Below, piece after piece: positions 9,474 through 21,883 of a stretch of 64,000 bases of DNA. Location: the UHGV virus genome UHGV-0133741. One strand, written 5' to 3'. Position 1 is the first letter of the stretch. Every line of letters begins with the position of its first letter. The notes below the pieces were generated by a model. The model saw nothing but the letters and a program-made list of their open reading frames with translations. It had not been told where the DNA came from and ran no database searches. The translations under genes were made by a program, and so were the position numbers. This DNA is from a virus.

Positions 9474-10471
9474 TGCAATGGAATGAGGAAAAGCCGATGA
9501 ACATCCTGATCATTGGGCGAAAATTTGAAGCTATCAGTGATGTGAAAACATATACGGAAATGTGGGCTTACAACCTGGCCTGCGCCTTTAGTGAGGCTGG
9601 GGTAACATTGCAATACCATCGTCCATATTCTCCCGGCGTCGAAAGCCCGGAGGATTATGTTGAAGCTGTGTTGACCGCTGCGCTCTCGTGTTCTGCGAAA
9701 GCCATTTTAGCGCCAGGATTGCGGTATTTTACTACGGTGCCCAGGGAAATAGGCGTGCAACTGCGTCGTCGATTCACTGGATGGGTAGCTCAGGTATACG
9801 ACGGTTCTATGCTGGATTCAGCACCAGTTGATATTACTTTTACTGTCCGCGATGATACCTGGCGGTACCTGGATAATCCCGGCAGGTTAGAGCGTCATAA
9901 TCGCTTTAACAAACATGTTGGATGGGCAGCGAATCAGGATCTGTTCCATCTGGAAACCAAAACAGACGATGTTCTGCGTATTTTTGTAGACCACGCTGCA
10001 TTTGATGTTAGTGGTTTTGATCACTCCTTAAGTATCCTTATGAACCTTCAGCGTCTGACCGTTCCGTATGAGGCCAGAACGTTGACTGATGATGGATTGG
10101 TTACCATTGATCCGGGGAATATTTCGGTAACTCCATACAGACGGACGCCGGTGCCAGCAACCGAATTTGCAGCTGAATTGCGTAAGAGTGACGTTTTTAT
10201 CGTTACGCATCCCGAAAGCCTTGGATTAACTGTTCTTGAGGCGGCAATGTGCGGGGCGTTGGTATTAACGCCTCCCGATTGCCTTCCGCCAGATCGCCTG
10301 GCTTTGGTGAACCATATGGTTATCAAGTCGCGGATTGATTGGGATGAGGTTATTGCTCGCGTTGATCGCGTGAAAAATGCTGAAAAGGTCCAGTGTCACA
10401 CCTGGTCGGCAATTGCGGAAAAGATGCTTGAGACGTTTATCACGCAGAAACCGTCGTGCGGTAACGGATAA
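9473..10471 (+). CDS. glycosyltransferase-like protein downstream of ban
   Basis: 332 aa; C-terminal GT-B-like motif (VFIVTHPESLGLTVLEAAMCGALVLTP); start overlaps the ban stop (TAATG). Confidence 0.55.
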   Translation: MQWNEEKPMNILIIGRKFEAISDVKTYTEMWAYNLACAFSEAGVTLQYHRPYSPGVESPEDYVEAVLTAALSCSAKAILAPGLRYFTTVPREIGVQLRRRFTGWVAQVYDGSMLDSAPVDITFTVRDDTWRYLDNPGRLERHNRFNKHVGWAANQDLFHLETKTDDVLRIFVDHAAFDVSGFDHSLSILMNLQRLTVPYEARTLTDDGLVTIDPGNISVTPYRRTPVPATEFAAELRKSDVFIVTHPESLGLTVLEAAMCGALVLTPPDCLPPDRLALVNHMVIKSRIDWDEVIARVDRVKNAEKVQCHTWSAIAEKMLETFITQKPSCGNG

Positions 10472-10496
10472 AAATTGAACCCATTATAAAAGAAAA

Positions 10497-10516
10497 GCCC
10501 GATCGCCGGGCTTTTC

Positions 10517-10517
<1 letters not shown>
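10497..10517. terminator. bidirectional intrinsic terminator between convergent operons
   Basis: GCCCG-ATCGC-CGGGC hairpin flanked by AAAA upstream and TTTTCTT downstream, between the dbn-like gene and the minus-strand tail genes. Confidence 0.6.
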
Positions 10518-13663
<3,146 letters not shown>

Positions 13664-14881
13664 TTATCCTTTCCGTTTACGGGCTTCGTTAATTTGTGTC
13701 TCAAGAATGCTTCGCGCCTGCGCGGTGGCAGCGGCCTTGTCCATTCCCTGACTTATGAAAAACTTTATGAGGTTGTTCGCCTGCGTTTGCAGGGCTTTTT
13801 TGAGAGCGTCGGCTTCAGCGCGAGCCTGGGCTTCCCTCACCCGCGAGGCTTTTAGTTCGGCACTCTTCCTGTTTGCCGTGGTGCGAGCTTTTTTTAACAA
13901 CCGGCGAACGTTGTCCGTGGCGCTATCTTTGGCGCGTAGTTTTTTGCCTAATGCATCCTGAGATTTCAGATACAGCTCATACTCACGCGCAGCTTTAGCC
14001 TGATCCGTCGTTGTTGTCCGGTTGCGCGCGAGCGATTTAGCCAGTTCGCCTTTGAAATAGGTTGTTGTCTTCCGCTTGTCATCGCCGAAGGCCACCTGTT
14101 CAGCTGCTTTTTCCAGGGCAATAATGATGGCCTTGTGCCATGTGGGAGACTGAAAACGCGTCATAGCGTGCAAAACATGTTTGCAAGCCACACCAGTCAG
14201 ATCAGGGTTGCGGATTTTGGGGAATGCATACTCTTTTGGCGGCGCGACAGCATAGTTACCAGCCGTGGCCATATAACGATACCAGTATTGATGGCGTCCA
14301 CAATCACAGTCGAAAGATACCCGGCCCTTGCAGAGATCGGCAGCGATTCGGGCTTTTTTCGCACCGTCTTCAGCAATATCCTCAACGGCTTTATCCCATT
14401 CCTCAAATCGAATTCTGACACGGTGATGCTGGTGGACCGACTCATCCGAGGCATTAACAGATATCAATGCAAGGTTGTGTTTTAGCCCGAGAAATGTCGC
14501 GGCTTTGATCCCTGTGCCATCAGAAACTTTGTTGTTAGCGCGTTTTATATCAATGCTGGTGGACTGCGCCACCAGCTGAGCATAGGTAATGCCGGGTACC
14601 GTGCTCTTGAATTTGGTTTTATGAGCCTGCCTTGAGGTGTTGAAACTGCGTATATCTTCGGGCGTAAAGTAGGTGCCATCTTTCTTTTTCCCAAGGCTGA
14701 GGAATGCCTCAAGTTCGCGGTTACGCATCCCCATAATCCTTGGGGTGAGTGTACGCCGCGCGTTTCGCCGATTCTGACGCTGCTGTTTACGGATAAGATC
14801 GAAGACCTTGTTAAAGTCTTTTGCACTTAATCCATCAGTCTGATAGCGACCAAGGTTGTCGCGAGCATATTCAGTTGGCAT
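13664..14881 (-). CDS. hypothetical virion-associated protein
   Basis: 405 aa; basic Ala/Lys/Arg-rich C-terminal tail, Cys cluster (CKGRVSFDCDCGRH). Confidence 0.45.
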   Translation of the reverse strand: MPTEYARDNLGRYQTDGLSAKDFNKVFDLIRKQQRQNRRNARRTLTPRIMGMRNRELEAFLSLGKKKDGTYFTPEDIRSFNTSRQAHKTKFKSTVPGITYAQLVAQSTSIDIKRANNKVSDGTGIKAATFLGLKHNLALISVNASDESVHQHHRVRIRFEEWDKAVEDIAEDGAKKARIAADLCKGRVSFDCDCGRHQYWYRYMATAGNYAVAPPKEYAFPKIRNPDLTGVACKHVLHAMTRFQSPTWHKAIIIALEKAAEQVAFGDDKRKTTTYFKGELAKSLARNRTTTTDQAKAAREYELYLKSQDALGKKLRAKDSATDNVRRLLKKARTTANRKSAELKASRVREAQARAEADALKKALQTQANNLIKFFISQGMDKAAATAQARSILETQINEARKRKG

Positions 14882-14890
14882 TCAATTCCC

Positions 14891-15268
14891 TTACGCAATG
14901 GATAATGTCCCTATTACCTGGCCGTCGTATTGGAAATGGCGAATCATTTCGCGGAGCCAGGTGGCAGGTGGGAGTTTTAATTTTTTGCCAACAGTCATAC
15001 CCTGAGACTCATCCTCAAGCCCGGCGGCGAGCGTCACAACCCAGCGTAGCTCTGCTATGCCCCACATACGGTAAGCCAGCAAATCCGGGCGATATTGCTC
15101 ATCGGGAAGAACGTAATAAATCGTCAGATTCTTGTCGTTCGATTCACACATAAGCATCACCTCTTTGCGCAGCTCTGCCCTGAGTATTGGATCGGCTATG
15201 TTGCGGTCGTCATACCGCGACAGAGGATATTGCCGGGTGCTTTGGGTTGTAGTGATTGATGTAGCCAT
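14891..15268 (-). CDS. hypothetical protein, first gene of the minus-strand tail operon
   Basis: 125 aa; divergent from the plus-strand operon starting at 15415, with an operator-like site between. Confidence 0.45.
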   Translation of the reverse strand: MATSITTTQSTRQYPLSRYDDRNIADPILRAELRKEVMLMCESNDKNLTIYYVLPDEQYRPDLLAYRMWGIAELRWVVTLAAGLEDESQGMTVGKKLKLPPATWLREMIRHFQYDGQVIGTLSIA

Positions 15269-15340
15269 AGTCAGCCTGCCAGAAATAGATGATGGTGATT
15301 CTACTGCTAGTCATTTGTTGATTATTTAACTCAATAAAAG

Positions 15341-15357
15341 AAAATTATTAGTGCAAT
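15341..15357. promoter_or_regulatory. C1 operator-like site in divergent promoter region
   Basis: AAAATTATTAGTGCAAT, 15/17 to the reverse complement of the operator consensus. Confidence 0.45.
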
Positions 15358-15414
15358 TTTGGTTGTGAAATGTATCATTCTGCCCTTAAGTAGGTTCTTC
15401 ATGAGGAAACAAAA

Positions 15415-15660
15415 TTGGCAGAACGTGTTGATGATGCAGAGCTGAGCATGAATCAGTTAGAAGCTCTCAAAGACATGGCCATCGATAACATCAGAAAGCA
15501 GGCACAGGTCGTGAGCCAGGTATTTACAGGGAAGTGTCGTTACTGCAATGAACCGATTGAATCAGGCATCTATTGTGACGCTGAGTGTGCGCAATGGCAC
15601 AGGGAAGAGCAGGCCGCAAAACAGCGTAAATATGGCATGCGACCGGCAGGATTTGACTGA
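15415..15660 (+). CDS. TraR/DksA-family C4 zinc-finger protein
   Basis: 81 aa; CRYCNEPIE...YCDAEC motif; TTG start with GAGGAAAC RBS. Confidence 0.55.
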   Translation: MAERVDDAELSMNQLEALKDMAIDNIRKQAQVVSQVFTGKCRYCNEPIESGIYCDAECAQWHREEQAAKQRKYGMRPAGFD

Positions 15661-15662
15661 TT

Positions 15663-16241
15663 GTGTTGCGCTTTACTGAGCAAGAGTATCTGGCTTTCAG
15701 TAAGCGCAGGAAGAAAGGATGGGCTAAGCCAAAGCCCAAAAAGGATCCGTTCTTATCACTTGCCCCGGTAAAAGAAGTTTCGCCACATGCGAAGGCGCTT
15801 GCAGCACTGGCAAAAAATCCTGATCTGCGAGTAGGAAATTGCGAGCACTACGAACAGGTTTTCATTTTTGATTACTTCGAGCGCAATTACCCTGAAATTT
15901 ATGAGCTGTTGCATGCAACGCCTAACGGAGGGAAGCGTTCAAAAGCAACCGCCGGGAAAATGAAGGCTGAAGGGCAGAAAAAAGGTTATCCGGACATGAG
16001 TCTCGATAAAGCATGCGGTATTTATCACGGCATGCGAATTGAGCTTAAAGAACCAAATGGTAAAGCCCCGACGAAAGAGCAGATCGCCTGGATGCGCAGG
16101 CTTAGAGAGGAAGGTTACTACGTCGTTCTTGCGTATGGTGCAGAACAAGCGATAACCGCCATCCTGGAATACATAAGCCTTAAAAAGGGTGAGGCTATTG
16201 AGCATGTATTGAACGGCGACAAGTGGTTGCATGCTGCTTAA
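15663..16241 (+). CDS. VRR-NUC domain nuclease-like protein
   Basis: 192 aa; C-terminal PD-(D/E)xK-like VRR-NUC signature (NGGKRSKA...GYPDMSL...ELKEPNGK...QIAWMRRLREEGYYV). Confidence 0.6.
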   Translation: MLRFTEQEYLAFSKRRKKGWAKPKPKKDPFLSLAPVKEVSPHAKALAALAKNPDLRVGNCEHYEQVFIFDYFERNYPEIYELLHATPNGGKRSKATAGKMKAEGQKKGYPDMSLDKACGIYHGMRIELKEPNGKAPTKEQIAWMRRLREEGYYVVLAYGAEQAITAILEYISLKKGEAIEHVLNGDKWLHAA

Positions 16242-16437
16242 AATAATAAATTAATTAGTGCATATGTGCTCTTTGATATAGCGCACATTAACATCGGGAG
16301 AATAATCGTGTCATTCAAGGCTAATTATGAATCGCTGGCATCGATCATGCCGCGTAATGAACAGGAAGCAGATGCTGTAGTGGACCCGGTAATCGCTGAA
16401 ATGAATGCTCGCCTGGAGGCTGAATTTGCAGCTGAGA

Positions 16438-17067
16438 ATGAACATACCACCCAGGGCGACTAGGACTGTTTTTTGTGTCGGTAGCGGTCCGTCACTCACT
16501 CGTGAGGACTGTGCTGCTATAGAAAAAACTGGCTGTTCAATCATCGCGGTTAACAATTCCTGGCAGATGTTCGATGACATTTATGCCTTATACGCCGGTG
16601 ATTTGTCATGGTGGAAGCAATACGGATCCACCATACCGGGAGGGAGATTCCGCAAAGTGACAGCCAACCTGGCGGCGGCGAAATCATTTTCGTTGGAGTA
16701 CAGGCGATATTGTGGACCGGCTGAAGGGGTTAATAGCGGCGCGCAGGCTATCAGTCTGGCGGCTGAATCAGGGGCTGAAGTAGTTGTATTAGTCGGCTAT
16801 GACTGTTCTCTGCAAAACGGCCTTCATTGGCATGGAGCACACCCTCAAGCACTACGGAATCCAACGCAGGTATCTATTTCAAAATGGCAACAGCAGTTCC
16901 TGGATACCCGCAAAAAACACGCAGATTTACATATTTTGAATGCAAGTAGGAGCAGTGCAATTCAATGTTTCCCAAGAATAAATTTAGAGGCAGTGATCGC
17001 GTTATTATCGTCGGCAGTGGCCCAAGCGCCGCAAACTTTGTTGCGCCGCGCGGAGTGCCGATTATAG
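16438..17067 (+). CDS. Rossmann-like protein with GSGPS motif (paralog A)
   Basis: Motifs VGSGPS...IIAVN...D...NSGAQAISLAAESGA...VVLVGYD...HWHG; start at internal ATG; 3' end overlaps paralog B by about 100 nt. Confidence 0.45.
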   Translation: MNIPPRATRTVFCVGSGPSLTREDCAAIEKTGCSIIAVNNSWQMFDDIYALYAGDLSWWKQYGSTIPGGRFRKVTANLAAAKSFSLEYRRYCGPAEGVNSGAQAISLAAESGAEVVVLVGYDCSLQNGLHWHGAHPQALRNPTQVSISKWQQQFLDTRKKHADLHILNASRSSAIQCFPRINLEAVIALLSSAVAQAPQTLLRRAECRL

Positions 17068-17591
17068 CGGTCAATGGGGCCATCGACTGGCTTAACCGCG
17101 CTTCTTATTTTTTCACACTTGATCCATCGCCAGACAATATGCGGCGCGTTGGTCGTGGCCGCCGTCGCCGTGGTGTTTGTTATTGCATGGCACTACCCGA
17201 TGTTAAAGAACGTGAAGTCAGAGATGGCGTTCTGTGCTTCCGTCGTGTGGCTGAACGCGGCACGGAGCCAAAAAATACGAATTCTCCCGAGTGGTGGGCG
17301 TGGCGCTGGTCCGCACATTTCGGCCTTTGCGAAGATGAGAATGAAATTGCCAGCGGCAATAGTGCATATGGTGCTCTGAACCTGGCTTTCCATATCGGAT
17401 TCAAACATGTAGCCCTGGTGGGCGTTGACGCTACGCAAGAAGCACGCGTTCACTCCGGCGGCACGCCAAAAAATCTAAGTCACCTGCCTTTGTTATTCCA
17501 GTCTGCGCGTGAACAGATTGACGTTGTTTCATGCGGGAAAATGGGAGGTATTCCGCAGATGACTCTTAAAGAATGGCTGAAGAATACATGA
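16965..17591 (+). CDS. Rossmann-like protein with GSGPS motif (paralog B)
   Basis: 208 aa; same motif order as paralog A (VGSGPS...IIAVN...TLDPS...[24 protein letters not shown]); Arg-rich insert ([11 protein letters not shown]). Confidence 0.5.
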   Translation: MFPKNKFRGSDRVIIVGSGPSAANFVAPRGVPIIAVNGAIDWLNRASYFFTLDPSPDNMRRVGRGRRRRGVCYCMALPDVKEREVRDGVLCFRRVAERGTEPKNTNSPEWWAWRWSAHFGLCEDENEIASGNSAYGALNLAFHIGFKHVALVGVDATQEARVHSGGTPKNLSHLPLLFQSAREQIDVVSCGKMGGIPQMTLKEWLKNT

Positions 17592-18265
17592 TGGCACCCA
17601 CAATTTATCACCGTATCGACGGTACCAAATACAGAAATGTCTGGGTTGTTGGTGATCTGCATGGTTGCTACACCAGACTGATGTCCGAACTCCATCGTGT
17701 GGATTTTGACCCGGCGCAGGATTTACTGATATCGGTCGGCGACCTTATCGATCGCGGTACTGAAAATGTCGAATGTCTGGAACTATTGCAGATGCCTTGG
17801 TTCAGGGCAGTGATGGGGAACCATGAGCGGTTGATGCTCGATGCGTTAAGTCCTGATGGCAACGTGAATAACTGGCTAATGAATGGCGGTCAATGGTTCT
17901 TCATGCTGGACGCTGATCAGGAAATATTAGCCAGGGCGCTGGTGGAGTTGGTAAGACGACTGCCCTATATCATTGAGTTGAACACCGGGCAAGAAACTAT
18001 CGTTATAGCCCATGCCGACTATCCGGATAATGAATATCAATTCGGTAAGGAGGTGCCGCTTTTCAACGTTGTCTGGGCGCGCGAGCGTATCAGTGATTCG
18101 ATGGATGATATTGGTGGCGAAATTTCGGGCGCAGATCGTTTTATCTTTGGTCACACTCCGGTGAAAAGCCCGAAGACATTCTGGAATCAGCATTATATCG
18201 ACACTGGTGCCGTATTTTGCGGAAACCTGACATTGATGAAAGTGAAAGGTGATGGTGCAGCATGA
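17573..18265 (+). CDS. ppp: Ser/Thr protein phosphatase (lambda PPase-like metallophosphoesterase)
   Basis: Calcineurin-like motifs VVGDLHG, GDLIDRG, GNHE. Confidence 0.8.
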   Translation: MAEEYMMAPTIYHRIDGTKYRNVWVVGDLHGCYTRLMSELHRVDFDPAQDLLISVGDLIDRGTENVECLELLQMPWFRAVMGNHERLMLDALSPDGNVNNWLMNGGQWFFMLDADQEILARALVELVRRLPYIIELNTGQETIVIAHADYPDNEYQFGKEVPLFNVVWARERISDSMDDIGGEISGADRFIFGHTPVKSPKTFWNQHYIDTGAVFCGNLTLMKVKGDGAA

Positions 18266-18963
18266 AGATTGCTTTAGTTCTTCGCTCTGGTGGTGACTAT
18301 AACGCTTCCGATGTGCAGTGGCTGGTTAATCAACTGCCAAAAGGCTATGAAATTATTTGCCTGACAGACCTGAAGCGTTTACATGTACCTGGTGTCAAAG
18401 TTGTCCCATTGATCAACCAGTGGCAAAAGTGCCGTGGCTGGTGGGCGAAAATCGAGTTGTTCCGACCGGATATAACCGATGATCTGTTCTATCTGGATTT
18501 GGACACGGTTATTGCCGGTGATATACGCCCAATCCTTGAGAATCCACCAAGCAGCTTCACCATGCTTAGGGATTTTTACCATCCACAATATCGTGGTAGC
18601 GGTGCACTGTGGATACCAAATAGTGTAAAAGCGCATATCTGGAGTGCATTCTGGCAAGATCCGGAAGGTTGGATTTCTCGTTGTGTCACTACTGAGTGCT
18701 GGGGTGATCAGGGGTTCTTACGGAAGGTTATGGGCGATGATACACCAGCATTTCAGGATCTGTATCCAGGATGGTTTGTAAGTTACAAGGCCGATGTTGT
18801 GGAACCTGGTTCAAAATATGCGAGCGCGCGTTACTCCAGGGGGAATGGGGCATTACCAAAGGACTGCCGAATAATTTTTTTCCACGGCAAACCGCGACCT
18901 CGCGAAGTGTCAGAGGATTGGCTTCCCCTTATCAGCTCGTTTTTTGAGCAAGAATCAGAATAA
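18262..18963 (+). CDS. nucleotide-sugar transferase-like protein
   Basis: 233 aa; DxD-like motif ([11 protein letters not shown]); start overlaps the ppp stop. Confidence 0.5.
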   Translation: MKIALVLRSGGDYNASDVQWLVNQLPKGYEIICLTDLKRLHVPGVKVVPLINQWQKCRGWWAKIELFRPDITDDLFYLDLDTVIAGDIRPILENPPSSFTMLRDFYHPQYRGSGALWIPNSVKAHIWSAFWQDPEGWISRCVTTECWGDQGFLRKVMGDDTPAFQDLYPGWFVSYKADVVEPGSKYASARYSRGNGALPKDCRIIFFHGKPRPREVSEDWLPLISSFFEQESE

Positions 18964-18964
18964 T

Positions 18965-19030
18965 ATTGCTCTAATAATTCCATATTTTTAAAGCGTGATG
19001 TACACTCATCACGTTTTTTATTAGAGCAAT
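18965..19030. promoter_or_regulatory. pair of inverted C1 operator-like sites flanking a terminator hairpin
   Basis: ATTGCTCTAATAATTCC (18965-18981) and reverse-oriented ATTGCTCTAATAAAAAA (19014-19030) flank a CGTGATG-TACACT-CATCACG hairpin followed by a T-run. Confidence 0.5.
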
Positions 19031-19044
19031 CCATAAGGTGCACT

Positions 19045-19263
19045 ATGTGGCCATTCCGACGGAAATATCACTACTGGCTGATCGCCTTTGTTACGCCGAC
19101 CGGCGGTATCAGGCATGTCATCACCAGGTATCGCAACAAGAGACTCACCTTAGCCAGAATTTTACAGGCTGCCATAGGTGAGGGACTGGATACAAATTGC
19201 GTAGTCCTTCCTCCTTCATACTTAGGAAAAATGACCGAAGCACAAGCTAATACGGAACTTTGA
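19045..19263 (+). CDS. hypothetical small protein
   Basis: 72-aa ORF directly after the operator pair; stop abuts the next gene start. Confidence 0.3.
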   Translation: MWPFRRKYHYWLIAFVTPTGGIRHVITRYRNKRLTLARILQAAIGEGLDTNCVVLPPSYLGKMTEAQANTEL

Positions 19264-19264
19264 A

Positions 19265-20527
19265 ATGAGCACTTCAGCACAAAACCAATCAATCGAAAAT
19301 GTATCTATCCCTGATGTCCTGAATGCCGGTATCCCGGCCATTATCCAGAACATCCGGGCCGCGCAACGCCGCGTTAGTTGTGATGACCTCACAGCACGTT
19401 TTTTTGATAATGCGGTTCAGTCAGCGGAGATGCTTCACGCACAGCTTATTGATGTTTATAACGCAGAAGCTGATAGCCATAACTCCCTGGTAGATGCAGC
19501 TGAAAATATGCAGTTGGATCTCGGTCTGAAGGGTAAAGAAATTGAAGAGCTTCAGCTGCAAATTGAACATTTGAAACGCCAGCAACAGGACGCGATCGAC
19601 GATGCGACGCATGACGCCAACCAGCGTGCTGATAATGCCGAACGTATAAGCATTGAGCTGGAAACAAAACTCAATGAAATGACCGCGATGGTTGAACTGC
19701 GGAACTCACAGATTTCAACGCTAAAATCTCAATATAAAGAGATCATGAAACTTGATCCTTTTAACCTTGAGAAACGCTATAACAAAGCTAAAAGCGAGCG
19801 ACAGGAACTGCGTAAGCAGGTCGCCGACCTTAACCAACAGCTCAAAAAAACTATTAAAGATGCAAGCGAGGCGCGCGTGGCATTTGCTAATAAAAAAGCA
19901 GAGGTTACCGCGCTGGTTAATGAGAATGCCAAATTTGCGACGCTCAAGAAGGAAATGTATGGCATTACTGAGCGCCGTTTCCCTGCAAGCAAACTTCATC
20001 CGACGTTAGGGCAAATCTCCTTCTTCCCGCGCCTCCTGGCTTATGGGATCTCATCGCCTAAAGAGTTCAATAACGAGCGTCCTTATATCGTTTCTAAGCT
20101 GGACTTTGCTTATCAGTTCTGCTGCGACATGGGCTATGCCATTGATATCCGAATCAACGAATGGTTGATGCCAAACTTCCAGCCGTTGGCAATTTTCCGC
20201 GAGTTCCAGCCGGAAGGTTGGGTAGAGTTCTTCCATGAATTGATCTGTAAAGAGATGGAAAGCCGCCGCCCGGAACTGGTCCGCCGTGTCGAGTGGGCGC
20301 AAGAGGTTATGTTGGCAGATGCAGAGCTGCCGTTCGAACCGGAATTCATTGATGATCTGGCAACTAAAGGGCTGCATACCCTGTTTGATGTGGTTACCCG
20401 CCGTCATGAGCAGTTGGTTGTCGAATTGGGTTTAGAGGAAACAGCGGCAAGAAGACTTCTCGATGTTTGCTATGCACGTAGCGATGCATGGGAAAAAGAG
20501 AACGGCGGCACTATTTACGTTCGCTAA
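19265..20527 (+). CDS. hypothetical protein with N-terminal coiled coil
   Basis: 420 aa; heptad-rich N-terminal half, Cys/Trp-containing C-terminal half; no recognised catalytic motif. Confidence 0.5.
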   Translation: MSTSAQNQSIENVSIPDVLNAGIPAIIQNIRAAQRRVSCDDLTARFFDNAVQSAEMLHAQLIDVYNAEADSHNSLVDAAENMQLDLGLKGKEIEELQLQIEHLKRQQQDAIDDATHDANQRADNAERISIELETKLNEMTAMVELRNSQISTLKSQYKEIMKLDPFNLEKRYNKAKSERQELRKQVADLNQQLKKTIKDASEARVAFANKKAEVTALVNENAKFATLKKEMYGITERRFPASKLHPTLGQISFFPRLLAYGISSPKEFNNERPYIVSKLDFAYQFCCDMGYAIDIRINEWLMPNFQPLAIFREFQPEGWVEFFHELICKEMESRRPELVRRVEWAQEVMLADAELPFEPEFIDDLATKGLHTLFDVVTRRHEQLVVELGLEETAARRLLDVCYARSDAWEKENGGTIYVR

Positions 20528-20546
20528 TAGTTACAGTGTCACTTTT

Positions 20547-20582
20547 AATGCTGGTGGAGTGCGTCCCACCAGCATTTTTTTC
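20547..20582 (+). terminator. intrinsic terminator
   Basis: Perfect 11-bp stem AATGCTGGTGG/CCACCAGCATT with 8-nt loop followed by TTTTTTT. Confidence 0.65.
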
Positions 20583-20600
20583 GTCCAATGAGGAGGGCAT

Positions 20601-21104
20601 TTGAGTATTTTCAATAAACACGCACACCAGGAACGTCCGTATATCGTCATAGTCGATATTGATGGAACAATATCAGAGGCAACTGAAGACAGACTGCATT
20701 TGCTTCCGCCACCAGGTAAAGGTGCATTAACAAAGGACTGGAACGAGTTTAATCTCGCCTGTGACACCGATACTCCCATCACTCCAGTTATTGATATGGT
20801 GCGCCAGTTATTTAACGTTTACACGGTCTGGTTTGTAACCGGGCGCTGTGAGATCGCAAGGGATAAAACACGAGCTTGGCTGCGGAAGTACGTAACAAAC
20901 GGGGCTGAGCCTTTGCTATCTATGCGTCCTGCCACCGATGACAGAAATGACGGCCCAGCAAAGATTGATCTCCTTAAGAAAATTGGTCTAAGTAAAATCG
21001 CGTTCGCGCTGGAAGATAAGATTGAAGTGGCGCGTGTTTTCAGGAGTCACGGCGTACTTACGTTAATGGTCAGGGAGTATGAAAACGCGCTTCTCCATCA
21101 GTAA
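20601..21104 (+). CDS. HAD-superfamily phosphatase-like protein
   Basis: 167 aa; N-terminal DIDGT motif (VIVDIDGTIS); TTG start with GAGGAGGG RBS. Confidence 0.55.
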   Translation: MSIFNKHAHQERPYIVIVDIDGTISEATEDRLHLLPPPGKGALTKDWNEFNLACDTDTPITPVIDMVRQLFNVYTVWFVTGRCEIARDKTRAWLRKYVTNGAEPLLSMRPATDDRNDGPAKIDLLKKIGLSKIAFALEDKIEVARVFRSHGVLTLMVREYENALLHQ

Positions 21105-21106
21105 TA

Positions 21107-21123
21107 ATTGCTCTAATAAATCT
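21107..21123. promoter_or_regulatory. C1 operator-like site
   Basis: ATTGCTCTAATAAATCT, 16/17 to consensus; upstream of the small-peptide/ASCH/PAPS-reductase genes. Confidence 0.55.
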
Positions 21124-21205
21124 TGATTTTTAAAGCAGAGAAAGTGAAAATAAAAACATGCCGCAAGGCGCGGCATGTATCCAATCAATCACAGGAGCTG
21201 AAAAT

Positions 21206-21292
21206 ATGAACACGGCATTCAAAATCATTATGGCCGCGATCTATTTCTGGCTGTTCTCTATCACTTTTGGCGGCATCGTCGCGCATGGGTAA
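21206..21292 (+). CDS. 28-aa hydrophobic peptide (single TM)
   Basis: CAGGAG RBS 8 nt upstream of ATG; encodes MNTAFKIIMAAIYFWLFSITFGGIVAHG; below the ORF-track size cut-off. Confidence 0.3.
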   Translation: MNTAFKIIMAAIYFWLFSITFGGIVAHG

Positions 21293-21301
21293 GGGGGATG
21301 C

Positions 21302-21880
21302 ATGAAAGGCGAAGTGAAAGAGCGCGGCATGATTTTCAACGATGAGATGGTCCGGGCAATTCTTGGGGGGAATAAAACACAGACTCGCAGGATTGTTGAA
21401 GAAAAATTCTATGGACGGGCAGTGGCCGTAGAGTTGCTTGCTAAGCATTGTCCATATGGTCAACCGGGCGATCGTATTTGGGTTCGCGAAACCTACCGGG
21501 TACATGGCAAAGCGACGGACGTCGCAACGCTGGTTTATCGCGCAAGCGTGCGTAACTCCTGGACAGAACAAACGCACCGGGTTCCGGTCGAGGTTTGTAA
21601 TAAACCAGTATCAGAAAAGTGGACGCCATCAATTCACATGCCGCGCTGGGCTTCGCGTATTTTGCTGGAAATTACCGACGTGCGTGTGGAACGGCTGCAT
21701 GACATGAGCGAGGCAGATGCTAAAGCGGAAGGCGCATCTCCGGCGACGTACAAGATTACACCGCCGGAAGCTGTTTATCGCGTTGGTTTCGGTGATATCT
21801 GGCGCGGTATTTACGGGCAAGAGAACTGGCTATCTAACCCGTGGGTATGGGTAATCGAGTTTAAGCGCATTCAGGAATAA
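21302..21880 (+). CDS. ASCH-domain-like protein
   Basis: 192 aa; N-terminal MIFNDEMVRAILGGNKTQTRR and PYGQPGDRIWVRE motifs, typical of phage ASCH-like proteins as I remember them; AAGGGGGA RBS. Confidence 0.5.
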   Translation: MKGEVKERGMIFNDEMVRAILGGNKTQTRRIVEEKFYGRAVAVELLAKHCPYGQPGDRIWVRETYRVHGKATDVATLVYRASVRNSWTEQTHRVPVEVCNKPVSEKWTPSIHMPRWASRILLEITDVRVERLHDMSEADAKAEGASPATYKITPPEAVYRVGFGDIWRGIYGQENWLSNPWVWVIEFKRIQE

Positions 21881-21883
21881 ACC

